Of a stretch of 64,000 nt of DNA, positions 45,178-54,289 are shown piece by piece. The number at the start of each line of letters is the position of its first letter. Position 1 is the first letter of the stretch. This DNA comes from Candidatus Blautia faecavium (GTDB taxonomy: Bacteria; Bacillota; Clostridia; Lachnospirales; Lachnospiraceae): contig DWYZ01000158.1 of the NCBI GenBank assembly GCA_019118425.1, positions 2,623-66,622 on the forward strand, in the 5' to 3' direction. The notes beneath the pieces were generated by a model. The model ran no database searches. It saw nothing but the letters and a program-made list of their open reading frames with translations, and was not told the origin of the DNA. The position numbers and the translations under genes were made by a program.

Positions 45178-45705
45178 TTACACTTCTTTCTTTTCCTCTT
45201 TTTCGGAACCGGTCTGCTCCTGGCTCTCTTCCTGTTTTTCTTCTCCTTCTTCTGTGTTTGCAGGCTCCTCCACTACATCTTCCGGGGAGACCACTGCTAC
45301 TACATCTTCATCCTTATCCTCAGTCTCCTCATCCGGGCAGGCCGCGCCGCAGTAAGGACAGAAGGATACGCTTTGATCCACATGCCGCTTACAGGAAGGA
45401 CAAACTTTCTTTTTCTTATAGCTTGCCATTTTCTTTTTATATTCTTCGATACTGGCTTTATGCTGCTCTATCTGTTCGCATAATATCCGCTGTTCATCCG
45501 GAAGTTCTTCCCCGTCCAGATAATGCTGATACAGGATATTTCCAAGATCCTCCTTGATCCTGCCGATCAGGCGCTCTTCGCCGGAAATCCGGCTTCTTAA
45601 CCTTTGCGTTTCATAGAGCAGCTCCGCCTTTTCTCCCAGACCTTTCGCAGTTTTCGCGATAGTCACTCCTAATTCGTCAAAAAATTCTGATCCCTTTGTC
45701 GCCAT
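45178..45705 (-). CDS. Coiled-coil / zinc-ribbon protein with acidic tail
   Basis: Zinc ribbon CPSCKRHVDQSVSFCPYCGAAC preceded by a predicted helical region, with an E/D-rich C-terminus. ATG 45705 (MATKGSEFF). The track's longer ORF runs into repeat copy D. Confidence 0.6.
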   Translation of the reverse strand: MATKGSEFFDELGVTIAKTAKGLGEKAELLYETQRLRSRISGEERLIGRIKEDLGNILYQHYLDGEELPDEQRILCEQIEQHKASIEEYKKKMASYKKKKVCPSCKRHVDQSVSFCPYCGAACPDEETEDKDEDVVAVVSPEDVVEEPANTEEGEEKQEESQEQTGSEKEEKKEV

Positions 45706-45753
45706 TCCTTCTAACCCCTTTCTTTTCCTGCCGTCATGGCTGCATTTTTGTTG

Positions 45754-45806
45754 CATGTCACATCCGAACCACACGCTTGCTGCGTGGTTACGTACCGGCA
45801 TGATCC
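45754..45806. repeat. Intergenic repeat, module beta, copy D (inverted relative to copies C and E)
   Basis: CATGTCACATCCGAACCACACGCTTGCTGCGTGGTTACGTACCGGCATGATCC. It is 45/53 identical to the reverse complement of 23126-23178 by hand alignment. Confidence 0.8.
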
Positions 45807-45817
45807 TAACGCATTTT

Positions 45818-47224
45818 TTATTGTGCCGCTCCGATACGGGGCACTTCCTGCCCTCTCAGAAGAATCTTCGGACCTCCTGTTCCTTCTATATATTCTCTGG
45901 TAATGATCACCTGGCCGATGCTGTCGTCCTTAGGTATCTCGTACATAATATCCAGCATAAATTCTTCTATGATGGCGCGCAGCGCCCTGGCACCTGTTTT
46001 CTTTTCCATTGCCTTAGCGGCTATGGCGTGCAGAGCCTCTTCTTCAAACTCTAATTTCACCTCATCCAGCTCCAAGAGCTTCTGATATTGTTTTAAGATA
46101 GCATTCCTCGGTTCTTTTAATATCTTTACCAGCATATCCTCAGAAAGCCCTTCCAGGGTAAATATAATAGGCAGACGCCCGATAAACTCCGGTATCATAC
46201 CAAAGGCACGTATATCATCCACTGTAACCTTTTCCAAAATATGAGGATCGTTGTCATACTTGTCCTTCAGATCTGCATAAAAACCAATGGAAGCCTGCTT
46301 GTTTAAGCGCTCCTTGATAATATTCTCCAGATCCGGAAAAGCTCCGCCGCAGATAAAAAGGATATTCCTGGTATTTACTGTGGTTAGAGGCACCATGGCA
46401 TTTTTACTGTTTGCCCCTACCGGAACCTCGATTTCGCTTCCTTCAAGAAGTTTCAGCATTCCCTGCTGCACGGCTTCTCCGCTTACGTCTCTCTGGTTTG
46501 TATTCTTTTTCTTAGCGATCTTATCGATCTCGTCAATAAAGATAATGCCATGCTCCGCCTTTTCCACGTCATTATCCGCAGCGGCGAGAAGCTTAGATAC
46601 CACGCTCTCAATGTCATCGCCAATGTAACCAGCTTCTGTAAGAGAGGTAGCGTCCGCTATGGCAAGGGGCACATCTAAGAGCCGGGCAAGGGTCTTTACC
46701 AGATAAGTCTTTCCGGAACCGGTCGGCCCTATCATAAGCATATTCGACTTTTCTATGTCAATGTCATCCATTGTATCTGTAGCAACTCGTTTATAATGAT
46801 TATACACTGCCACAGACATTACCTTTTTCGCGTGCTCCTGACCAATGACATATTCGTCCAAAGACGCTTTGATCTTATGAGGAGCCGGAATGCTGCGCAG
46901 ATCCAAAGCTGGTTTCTTTTCTTCGTGTTTTTTCTTTTTTACCTTCTTAGGCTGCGCTGCAGGGTTCTGCAGACTGCTCAGGTCGATCATGCCTACATTG
47001 GGCATATTAAACAGATCAGAATAATTGATCTTTCCATTGCTCATATGCTGATTCATGGTATCGAAGCTCTTCTGCATACAGTCCGGGCAAATATGTATAT
47101 TATTAGGGAGATCGATCATTTTCCCCGTCTGGCTCTCCGGCCTGTGGCAGAGAAAACAAAATTTTTCATATTTTTCTTCTTCCTCTTCTGTCAAATCAGT
47201 TATATTGTCAAACTCGTCTGTCAT
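45818..47224 (-). CDS. clpX: Divergent second ClpX-family unfoldase
   Basis: Zinc-binding domain CFLC...CPDC, Walker A GPTGSGKT, pore-1 GYIG, IGF loop SIGFY. The RKH loop is replaced by GANSKNAM, and there is a longer Lys-rich linker. ATG 47224 (MTDEFDN) follows AAAGGAG. Confidence 0.85.
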   Translation of the reverse strand: MTDEFDNITDLTEEEEEKYEKFCFLCHRPESQTGKMIDLPNNIHICPDCMQKSFDTMNQHMSNGKINYSDLFNMPNVGMIDLSSLQNPAAQPKKVKKKKHEEKKPALDLRSIPAPHKIKASLDEYVIGQEHAKKVMSVAVYNHYKRVATDTMDDIDIEKSNMLMIGPTGSGKTYLVKTLARLLDVPLAIADATSLTEAGYIGDDIESVVSKLLAAADNDVEKAEHGIIFIDEIDKIAKKKNTNQRDVSGEAVQQGMLKLLEGSEIEVPVGANSKNAMVPLTTVNTRNILFICGGAFPDLENIIKERLNKQASIGFYADLKDKYDNDPHILEKVTVDDIRAFGMIPEFIGRLPIIFTLEGLSEDMLVKILKEPRNAILKQYQKLLELDEVKLEFEEEALHAIAAKAMEKKTGARALRAIIEEFMLDIMYEIPKDDSIGQVIITREYIEGTGGPKILLRGQEVPRIGAAQ

Positions 47225-47338
47225 ATAAACTCCTTTCTTCTGTCCGTCCGCTGTGCTTTTTGCCATTCTTATAAGACGGCAGTCTTTCTCAAAGCAAACG
47301 AAGCGGATAACCGGGCATGCTTCCCCCGCTATAGAGAA

Positions 47339-47366
47339 ATTATAACATAATTTATATATCTATCAA
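47339..47366 (-). promoter_or_regulatory. Candidate promoter of the second clpX (TTGATA-16-TATAAT)
   Basis: Read on the minus strand, -35 is at 47361-47366 and -10 at 47339-47344. This leaves a leader of about 110 nt. Confidence 0.6.
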
Positions 47367-47388
47367 ATAAAGTTTTTATAAATTTAAA

Positions 47389-47428
47389 CGCCAAATTGCC
47401 CCGCTGCCGGTCAACTTGTGACCGTCAA
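47389..47428. repeat. Intergenic repeat, module gamma, copy H
   Basis: CGCCAAATTGCCCCGCTGCCGGTCAACTTGTGACCGTCAA with hairpin CGGTCA-acttg-TGACCG. It aligns with the reverse complement of 60180-60215. Confidence 0.65.
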
Positions 47429-47477
47429 TATCTTCTTATCGAAACCGTTGTTTACTCCCAAAATATTGCTTCACGCA

Positions 47478-47502
47478 GGAAAAGGACCTGCGTCCAGGTC
47501 CC
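47478..47502 (-). terminator. Terminator of htrA
   Basis: Minus strand reads GGACCTG-gacg-CAGGTCC followed by TTTTCC. An overlapping alternative hairpin is ACGCAGG/CCTGCGT. Confidence 0.75.
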
Positions 47503-47518
47503 TTCTCTCTGCTCTCTA

Positions 47519-49036
47519 TTAATTTTCTGAAGCCGGTTTTGATCCCAGCGTGATCTCCAAATCCTGCTCTTTATATTCTCCATTGTCCGCTCTTGCGATG
47601 GTCACGGTAATCGATTCTCCCGCCGCGTAATAAGAAAGCTTATCTACCAAGTCCGCTTTATCGCTTACCTGCTGGCCGTCCAGCTTTACAATGATATCTC
47701 CCTTCTGGATGCCTGCATTATCTGCGGCCTCACCAGGTTCTACATCTGTTACAAAAGCCCCGGTAGGCATATTATACATCTGTATAGCCTCTGTCGTCAG
47801 ATCCGCCGCAGTGACGCCAAGATAAGCCGCCTGGGATTCATCCACCTTATCTCTCGTTGTACGGTTCATCAGCTCTTCCAGGATAGGTTTCGCCTTGGAT
47901 ATAGGGATAGCATATCCCATGCCTTCAATGGTATTGCTTGCGTATTTCGCGGAATTGATCCCAATAAGCTCACCGTTCATATTTAATAAAGCTCCGCCGC
48001 TGTTTCCGGGATTGATCGCAGCATCTGTCTGGATCAATTCTGAGCTTGTGCCTGTATCCGTTGTCACACTGCGGTTTAAAGCGCTTACCCAGCCGGAAGT
48101 TACGGACTGTCCATATCCCAGAGCGTTTCCTATGGCCACTACCTGTTCTCCTACCACAAGCTGGTCGGAATCTCCGATCTGGGCAATCTTGATCTGCTCC
48201 ATGGTATCCTCCGGAATGTCTGATTTCTGGACTGCCACCACTGCCAGATCGTTAGTGGTATCTGTACCTTTTATCTTAGCGCTTACCGCGTCTTCTACAT
48301 TAATGTCTCCGTTTCCGCTGGCAAGATTTTGGGTTTCTTCCTCTGCGTTGACCACGTCTTTACCGATAAAGCAGACGCTTAAGGTAGTAGCGCCTTCCAC
48401 CACATGATTATTCGTGGCGATTAAAAGCTCATCGTTATTCTCGCCTACAATGATACCGGATCCGCTTCCTGTACTGGAATATTCCTGCACACCATAATTG
48501 CCGAATCCAAAGCTGCCGAAAAAGCTTGGTATTTCCTGAATGCTGACAGAGGTGATCGCCACCACTGCCGGCATAGCCGATTCCGCAACGCTTGCTACCG
48601 TTCCGGTCTGTCCGGCCGCGCTGGAAGAAGAATTTCCCGCTGAAGTCGTTACTGAATTTCCGCTGACTGTGCCTGCCATTCCCACCTGGGTATTAGAAGT
48701 CTCCTCAGGGAAATACAGGCGGGAAATATAATTTACTCCCTGGAATACAGCTCCCGCCACCAGTCCGAATACAACGGCAAAGGCAACTACGATCCCAAAG
48801 CGTTCTCCCATTCCTTTTTCTTTCTTTTTCCGGGGTTTTTCCGGCGCTTTCTTTGCCGGTTCCGGAGTTGGATTCTGATTTATCTGATAATGTGCATATC
48901 TTGGAGGGACAGATCCGCTTCCTGTGTCAGTGCTTGTGTCTATATTCTGAGAAGGCTGAGACGCCGATCCACCCTGTGTATTCCCCGTGTCAGCAGATTC
49001 CATAGGGGTCTGTTCCCATTTCCTTTCGTCACTCAT
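47519..49036 (-). CDS. htrA: HtrA/DegP-type S1C serine protease with PDZ domain
   Basis: Catalytic triad contexts TNNHVV, NDLAVV and GNSGGALLN, with a C-terminal PDZ domain. The N-terminus has a low-complexity cytoplasmic region plus one TM segment. Confidence 0.9.
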   Translation of the reverse strand: MSDERKWEQTPMESADTGNTQGGSASQPSQNIDTSTDTGSGSVPPRYAHYQINQNPTPEPAKKAPEKPRKKKEKGMGERFGIVVAFAVVFGLVAGAVFQGVNYISRLYFPEETSNTQVGMAGTVSGNSVTTSAGNSSSSAAGQTGTVASVAESAMPAVVAITSVSIQEIPSFFGSFGFGNYGVQEYSSTGSGSGIIVGENNDELLIATNNHVVEGATTLSVCFIGKDVVNAEEETQNLASGNGDINVEDAVSAKIKGTDTTNDLAVVAVQKSDIPEDTMEQIKIAQIGDSDQLVVGEQVVAIGNALGYGQSVTSGWVSALNRSVTTDTGTSSELIQTDAAINPGNSGGALLNMNGELIGINSAKYASNTIEGMGYAIPISKAKPILEELMNRTTRDKVDESQAAYLGVTAADLTTEAIQMYNMPTGAFVTDVEPGEAADNAGIQKGDIIVKLDGQQVSDKADLVDKLSYYAAGESITVTIARADNGEYKEQDLEITLGSKPASEN

Positions 49037-49145
49037 CTTTGCTGCTCCCTTCTAATGTGTAAATCATTCCTGTTCTCTTATTGATATGTCCAGTCTACCA
49101 GTTAATTGTGTTTAAAGTGTGATGGATATTTTAAAAAAGGATGTT

Positions 49146-50066
49146 TTACCTCCAATAATCAGGGTTCATGGTACACCTTAAGATCCATCTTCGAGGCAGC
49201 CTTTTATATCCTTTTCCAGCCCGGTATCCTAAAAATTTACATCCGCTTTGGAAAATCAAAGAAGGAAGCAGCCAGAATTTTCCTTTTTTCAATAAATATT
49301 TCGCGCTGCCAGCTACCAGCCGGATTCCTTCACCTTCCGATGGAAGTCCCTGAAAAATCTCCGGATACTCCGCCTGGGAAACTCCCAGGTCGAAATTTCT
49401 GTGAAACTGCTGCATTCCCGTATAATTATGGGAGTGGATCACTTCCGCATCCGCTGCATAGAAGATCCCATACCCATTCTGGATCATCTTTCCAGCAAGA
49501 ATCATGTCCTCATTAAAGATAGTCCGTTCCACAAAGCCTCCAAGCTGTTCATAAATATCCTTTTTATAAGCAGCGCATACATTGGAACAAAAATATGTCT
49601 TTATCCCCAAGCGGGGAATATCCTTTTTCGTCTTCCTGCTGGAATAGGCCGGATAATTAAACTCTCTTGTATAACATTCCAAAAAGCTGCAGTTTTTTCC
49701 GGGAAGCTGACGGGCGTAAGCCGCTCCTGTATCTGCGTCTTTCAGAAGGGGGCGCACCAGATTTCCTATCAATCCGGCATTTTTCGGCATTGCGTCCTGG
49801 GTCATAAAGACCATGACCTCTCCTTTAGAAAGCTGCGCAGCCTTTTTTCTCGTGCCTCCGTGATCAAATTCTTGCTTTTTTATGTGATGAACTTCTAAGC
49901 CTGAAAACTTTTCCTCCCATTTTCTGTTCCAGAATTTTTCTTCTGTATTCATGATCATTATTTTATTTATAGGATACTCTTGTTTTTCCAGCCGTTCCAA
50001 AACCTTTTCAAACTCTTCTCCTGGCTTATATGTGGGTATGATGACATCTACCTTTATTTTTTCCAT
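49146..50066 (-). CDS. Family 2 glycosyltransferase
   Basis: N-terminal VDVIIPTYKPGEEF and a DAMP (DxD-like) motif. 306 aa. Confidence 0.8.
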   Translation of the reverse strand: MEKIKVDVIIPTYKPGEEFEKVLERLEKQEYPINKIMIMNTEEKFWNRKWEEKFSGLEVHHIKKQEFDHGGTRKKAAQLSKGEVMVFMTQDAMPKNAGLIGNLVRPLLKDADTGAAYARQLPGKNCSFLECYTREFNYPAYSSRKTKKDIPRLGIKTYFCSNVCAAYKKDIYEQLGGFVERTIFNEDMILAGKMIQNGYGIFYAADAEVIHSHNYTGMQQFHRNFDLGVSQAEYPEIFQGLPSEGEGIRLVAGSAKYLLKKGKFWLLPSLIFQSGCKFLGYRAGKGYKRLPRRWILRCTMNPDYWR

Positions 50067-50080
50067 GATCTGCTCTCCCG

Positions 50081-50120
50081 AAAAAAGCCATCCCTATATA
50101 TCTCTATATGGGGATGGCTT
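50081..50120 (-). terminator. Terminator of the LCP gene
   Basis: Minus strand reads AAGCCATCCCC-atatagagatatata-GGGATGGCTT followed by TTTTT. Confidence 0.8.
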
Positions 50121-50197
50121 CACCGTATATTTATTCTGATTCCATACAGACAGTATCTGCTAAATTTGTTTTTTTATGCTTTCACAACACTTTCGGA

Positions 50198-51784
50198 TCA
50201 GACAGTGCCTTCCGCAGAACTTCCATCGCCTCCACCGTAGCTTCCGTCACTCCAGCCAGCGTCTGTGCCATCGGTGGCTCCGCCTCCGTCAGTAGTTCCG
50301 TCTCCCGTTCCGGGATCCGTGGTTCCTCCTCCTGTTCCAGGATCCGTAGTTCCTCCCCCTGTTCCAGGATCAGTGGTTCCCCCGCCTGTTCCGGGATCCG
50401 TAGTTCCTCCTCCCGTTCCGGGATCCGTAGTTCCTCCCCCTGTTCCAGGGTCAGTGGTTCCTCCTCCCGTTCCAGGATCAGTAGTTCCTCCCCCTGTTCC
50501 GGGATCCGTAGTTCCTCCTCCCGTTCCGGGGTCAGTGGTTTCTCCCCCTGTTCCAGGATCAGTCCAGGTTCCTCCGCTATTGTCAGAGCTTCCGCTTCCA
50601 TCGCTCCAATCAGAACTGCTCCCTGAATCTCCGGTCCATCCGTTCTCGCCGGTGTCTGTATCCTGCCAGATGAAGGTATCGTCTGTCGTTTCGTCTGTTT
50701 CTGAAGAAACGGCTGCCTCATCTGTAAGCTGTTCTTCACCGCCTACGATCTCTATGATCCTCTGGCTGTAGGTCTGCACTTCTGTGGATGGAGTATATTC
50801 TGTATCCTCTCCATAAAGGAATTTATGAAGCTGTTCTACATTGCTCACTAAAGTAGTGGGTACGATAATGCTTCCTTTAATATTAGAAAACTTATATTCC
50901 ATAGGGAAGCCTACGGTGTCATCCACACTGTAGCCGATCATGGCAGGAATCAGCTCCAGAATCTCCTGTTTGCTCAAAGAAGTGGTGACCATAGGGAAGA
51001 CTTCATCCATAATATCAAAAATCGTTCCCAGCCCCGCCTGTTTCGCCTTCTGTACGATCAGCTGGATCACCATACGCTGACGCTCTGTTCTTCCCATATC
51101 CAGACTTGATGTATAACGGATACGGCAGTAAGATGTAGCCTGTACCCCGTTCAGATGGTATGTGCCGATGATTGCTTCCTGATCCTCTGGAGCGGGATCC
51201 GGCTTTTCAATAGGCGTATAGCTCTTTCCTGTCTCCTCAGATGTTTCCACACTGTAATTGTTCATATGCTCGATCTCCGCATAGGACATAGGGATATCCA
51301 GCCCGCCTAAAAGATCAATCACTGTAACAAGAGCATTAAAGTCTACTGTAGCATAATCTGTAATATTCAGGTCAAGGCTTGTATTCAGCATGGAAATCGC
51401 CTGCTCTGCTCCACCATAAGCATAAGCTGCATTCGCCTTGGTGTACGTATCATCTCCGATATTCAAAAGAGTATCCCTGTAAACAGACACCAGCTTTACA
51501 TCCTTAGTATCATTGTTTACACTGGCGATAATGATGGTATCACTGTTTTCTGCTCCCAGCTCCGCGTTCTTATCCCTGTGGTCAATTCCGAACAGGGCGT
51601 AGGTGCTGTAGCCGGTCATCTGCGGTGCCTCCTGGTTAACGATGATTTCTTCTTCATTTAAGACCGGCTGCTCGATCTTATCCAGTCTGGTCATGATCTG
51701 TCCATAGACGTACAGTCCTCCGATAAACAGCAGAAGAACAACGATTTCTATAGCAAATAATATCTTTTTTCTTTTTCCTCGCAT
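50198..51784 (-). CDS. LytR-CpsA-Psr (LCP) family phosphotransferase with repetitive Gly/Thr/Asp/Pro C-terminus
   Basis: N-terminal TM segment. LCP core FGIDHRDK...NSDTIIIASVNNDTKDVKLVSVYRDT. The C-terminus carries about 10 copies of DPGTGGGTT. Confidence 0.9.
   Translation of the reverse strand: MRGKRKKILFAIEIVVLLLFIGGLYVYGQIMTRLDKIEQPVLNEEEIIVNQEAPQMTGYSTYALFGIDHRDKNAELGAENSDTIIIASVNNDTKDVKLVSVYRDTLLNIGDDTYTKANAAYAYGGAEQAISMLNTSLDLNITDYATVDFNALVTVIDLLGGLDIPMSYAEIEHMNNYSVETSEETGKSYTPIEKPDPAPEDQEAIIGTYHLNGVQATSYCRIRYTSSLDMGRTERQRMVIQLIVQKAKQAGLGTIFDIMDEVFPMVTTSLSKQEILELIPAMIGYSVDDTVGFPMEYKFSNIKGSIIVPTTLVSNVEQLHKFLYGEDTEYTPSTEVQTYSQRIIEIVGGEEQLTDEAAVSSETDETTDDTFIWQDTDTGENGWTGDSGSSSDWSDGSGSSDNSGGTWTDPGTGGETTDPGTGGGTTDPGTGGGTTDPGTGGGTTDPGTGGGTTDPGTGGGTTDPGTGGGTTDPGTGGGTTDPGTGGGTTDPGTGDGTTDGGGATDGTDAGWSDGSYGGGDGSSAEGTV
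50288..50576. repeat. 27-nt tandem repeat array (9 good copies at 50307-50549 plus degenerate ends) inside the LCP gene
   Basis: Unit GTTCCGGGATCCGTAGTTCCTCCTCCC with wobble-type variation between copies. It is in frame and encodes DPGTGGGTT. Confidence 0.9.
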
Positions 51785-51803
51785 GATTTTTCCCCTTATC
51801 TTC

Positions 51804-53207
51804 CTAATATGCGTTTTTATTTACAAAACCTTTAAAAAAGGTCAAAAATAATATCTTAATATCGAAGCCGATACTCCAATTTTCAATGTAATACAAATCG
51901 CAATCAATTCTCTTTCTGATAGATGTATCACCCCGGTAGCCGTTTACCTGTGCCCACCCGGTCAGTCCCGGCCGCACCTGATGCTTAACCATATATCTCG
52001 GGATCTCTTCCCGAAATTTCTCTACAAAGAAGGGCCTCTCCGGTCTTGGACCCACCAGGCTCATATCGCCTCTTAAGATATTAAAAAGCTGCGGAAGCTC
52101 ATCCAAGCTTGTCCGCCGCATGAATTTGCCAATGCCGGTGACTCTCGGATCATTTTTTACCGTCCACGCCTTCTTTTCCTCCGATTCCGGCTGAAGCTCC
52201 ATAGAGCGGAACTTGTACATCCGGAAGGTTTTATTATGAAGGCCGACCCGCTCCTGCTTATAGATAAGCGGTCCGGGGGAAGTCAGCTTGATCAGCACAC
52301 ATAACACAAGCATCACCGGAGAAGATACAATGATTGCCGCGATGGAGCCAACGATATCCATACACCGTTTCACCAGTGCGTTAAATGTGTTGCTTAAGGG
52401 GACATAACGGATATTGATAACGGGAAGTCCTAAAATGTCCTCTGTATATGGCTTGGTCGGTATAATTTTATTATAATCGGGAATAAACTTTGTGTGTACT
52501 CCTGACTTCTCACATAGTGCTACGATCTCTTCCAGGCGGTAATATTCGCTCAGCCCCAGTGTGATCGCGATCTCATCCAGCCTGCTTGCAGGAAGGATCA
52601 CCATCAGATTCGCGATCCTGCCGATAACCTTTATGCCTTTATACACGGTCCCCGCCGGAACATTATCGTCCAGGATCCCGCGGATGACATAGCCCCACTG
52701 GGGATTCATAAGGATACGGTCGATATATTCCTCTGTAGCACGGCTGTAGCCCACAAGAATCACCTGCTTCTGGTTCAGGCCGCGCTTGCGCATATCCCGC
52801 ATCAAACTGAAGATCAGCATACGCACACCCCAGCCGGCACAAATATTGATCACATAAAAAAGCAGGATCGTCAGACGGGAAAAATCCCCCTCATTGATCA
52901 TCTGGAGAAATGACAAAATGAGAAGGAAACCTAACGTATTTGCCTTGATAATGTTCGCCAGCACAAGGCGTCTCCCCTGCATACGCATGGGAGTGTATAA
53001 GGTAAATGCGTGATACAAAAGCAGATAACCCGGCACAATGAAGATCAAAAGCAGCATGTACTGCTGAAAACTCAGGGTCCTTACAGCAGACCCGGCAAAA
53101 GGCCCTACGAACCTTAATGCCCATGCGCAAAGATACGAGCCGGAGATCACTAATGCATCGATCAGCATATGGAGACGACTGAAGTTCTTTTGATTATCTT
53201 GAATCAA
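51804..53207 (-). CDS. Undecaprenyl-phosphate sugar phosphotransferase (priming enzyme, WcaJ/EpsL type)
   Basis: C-terminal bacterial sugar-transferase domain PGPLIYKQERVGLHNKTFRMYKFRSM ... DELPQLFNILRGDMSLVGPRP, with 4-5 N-terminal TM segments. TTG start at 53207 after GAGGTG; the alternative start is the ATG at Met14. Confidence 0.9.
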   Translation of the reverse strand: MIQDNQKNFSRLHMLIDALVISGSYLCAWALRFVGPFAGSAVRTLSFQQYMLLLIFIVPGYLLLYHAFTLYTPMRMQGRRLVLANIIKANTLGFLLILSFLQMINEGDFSRLTILLFYVINICAGWGVRMLIFSLMRDMRKRGLNQKQVILVGYSRATEEYIDRILMNPQWGYVIRGILDDNVPAGTVYKGIKVIGRIANLMVILPASRLDEIAITLGLSEYYRLEEIVALCEKSGVHTKFIPDYNKIIPTKPYTEDILGLPVINIRYVPLSNTFNALVKRCMDIVGSIAAIIVSSPVMLVLCVLIKLTSPGPLIYKQERVGLHNKTFRMYKFRSMELQPESEEKKAWTVKNDPRVTGIGKFMRRTSLDELPQLFNILRGDMSLVGPRPERPFFVEKFREEIPRYMVKHQVRPGLTGWAQVNGYRGDTSIRKRIDCDLYYIENWSIGFDIKILFLTFFKGFVNKNAY

Positions 53208-53323
53208 GTCTTGTCACCTCAATCAAATTCATTGCCTTTATATTATAATAGAAAAACCTTAAATGCAATAAAATCTTAACATTCATTTTATAAAAATTCT
53301 GTGAAATCCTGTTTTTTAACCAA

Positions 53324-54280
53324 TTATCCCCTGATACGGCGCACCATATTCACCCACAATTCTAACTGAATCTTAACATAATATGGAAGCCTTTTCACAG
53401 AGAAACGCACCTTTTTTTCACGGCGGCTTATCTGAAACCCATTCTTGATCCCAGCAAGATATTCTCTTCCCATTCCTTTTGCCGCAAAAAACAAAAACTT
53501 GCTTCCAAATCCAAGCACAAGAAAAGGAAGGTTTAAGATCACCTGCAGAACAGGCATGTTTTTATACAGCAGATAGATATTATTCCTGGAAGAGTACCGG
53601 GTCTTAAACTGATTATACCGGGAACCAGTAGTCCCGCTTCCCACATGATAGACCACAGCCTTAGGAGCATACCAGTTCTCATAGCCATAGATCCTGGCAC
53701 GATAGCCAATATCCATATCCTCAAGATAGGCAAAATGCTCCTCATCAAAATATCCGATCCTGTCAAAAAGCTTTCGCCGGTAAATAGCCGCTCCCGCGCA
53801 GGCGGCAAAAATTCTTTCTTCCTCTTCATAGGAATCAATCGGCTTTCCCTTTCCCCGGGCAAAGGCCCATCCAAGCGCGCAATAGTAGTTCCCCGCGTCG
53901 TCCAGATGCTCCCTGTCATAGAACTGGATCATCTTAGCCCCACAGGAAAAAGCCTTTTTATGGCGTTTCATAGCAGCTGTCATTTCTTCCAGGAAATGCG
54001 CCTCGGCCTCTATGTCATTGTTCAAAAGCACCACGTACTTTGCCCTTGACCGGCGGATCCCTTCGTTTACCGCTCTGCAAAAGCCAAAATTTTCCGGCAA
54101 TTCGATAATATGCACCCAGGGATAATTCTCCATGACATAAGGGCAGCTTCCGTCAGAAGAGCCGTTATCCACAAGAATGACCTCATAGCTTTTTATTGTC
54201 TGCCGTTCCAGGCTTCCTAAAACACCATCCAAATATACAAGTCCGTTAAAATTCGGAATAACAACAGATACTTCCAGCAT
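53324..54280 (-). CDS. Family 2 glycosyltransferase
   Basis: VSVVIPNFNGLVYL ... LLNNDIE GT2 motifs. 318 aa with C-terminal TM segments. Confidence 0.85.
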   Translation of the reverse strand: MLEVSVVIPNFNGLVYLDGVLGSLERQTIKSYEVILVDNGSSDGSCPYVMENYPWVHIIELPENFGFCRAVNEGIRRSRAKYVVLLNNDIEAEAHFLEEMTAAMKRHKKAFSCGAKMIQFYDREHLDDAGNYYCALGWAFARGKGKPIDSYEEEERIFAACAGAAIYRRKLFDRIGYFDEEHFAYLEDMDIGYRARIYGYENWYAPKAVVYHVGSGTTGSRYNQFKTRYSSRNNIYLLYKNMPVLQVILNLPFLVLGFGSKFLFFAAKGMGREYLAGIKNGFQISRREKKVRFSVKRLPYYVKIQLELWVNMVRRIRG

Positions 54281-54289
54281 CTCTTCTCC

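Noticed and set aside
50288-50576. Possible CRISPR array, given the regular 27-nt periodicity; the same question applies to 35283-35363.
   Set aside because: The units are contiguous with no spacers, are in frame within protein-coding genes, and no cas genes are present.
50182-50771. Long ORFs (185 aa on the minus strand, 168 and 172 aa on the plus strand) with repetitive Pro/Val/Ser or Glu/Leu sequences.
   Set aside because: They are alternative-frame and antisense readings of the 27-nt repeat array inside the LCP gene. They have no RBS, and the LCP frame is the one continuous with a recognisable catalytic domain.
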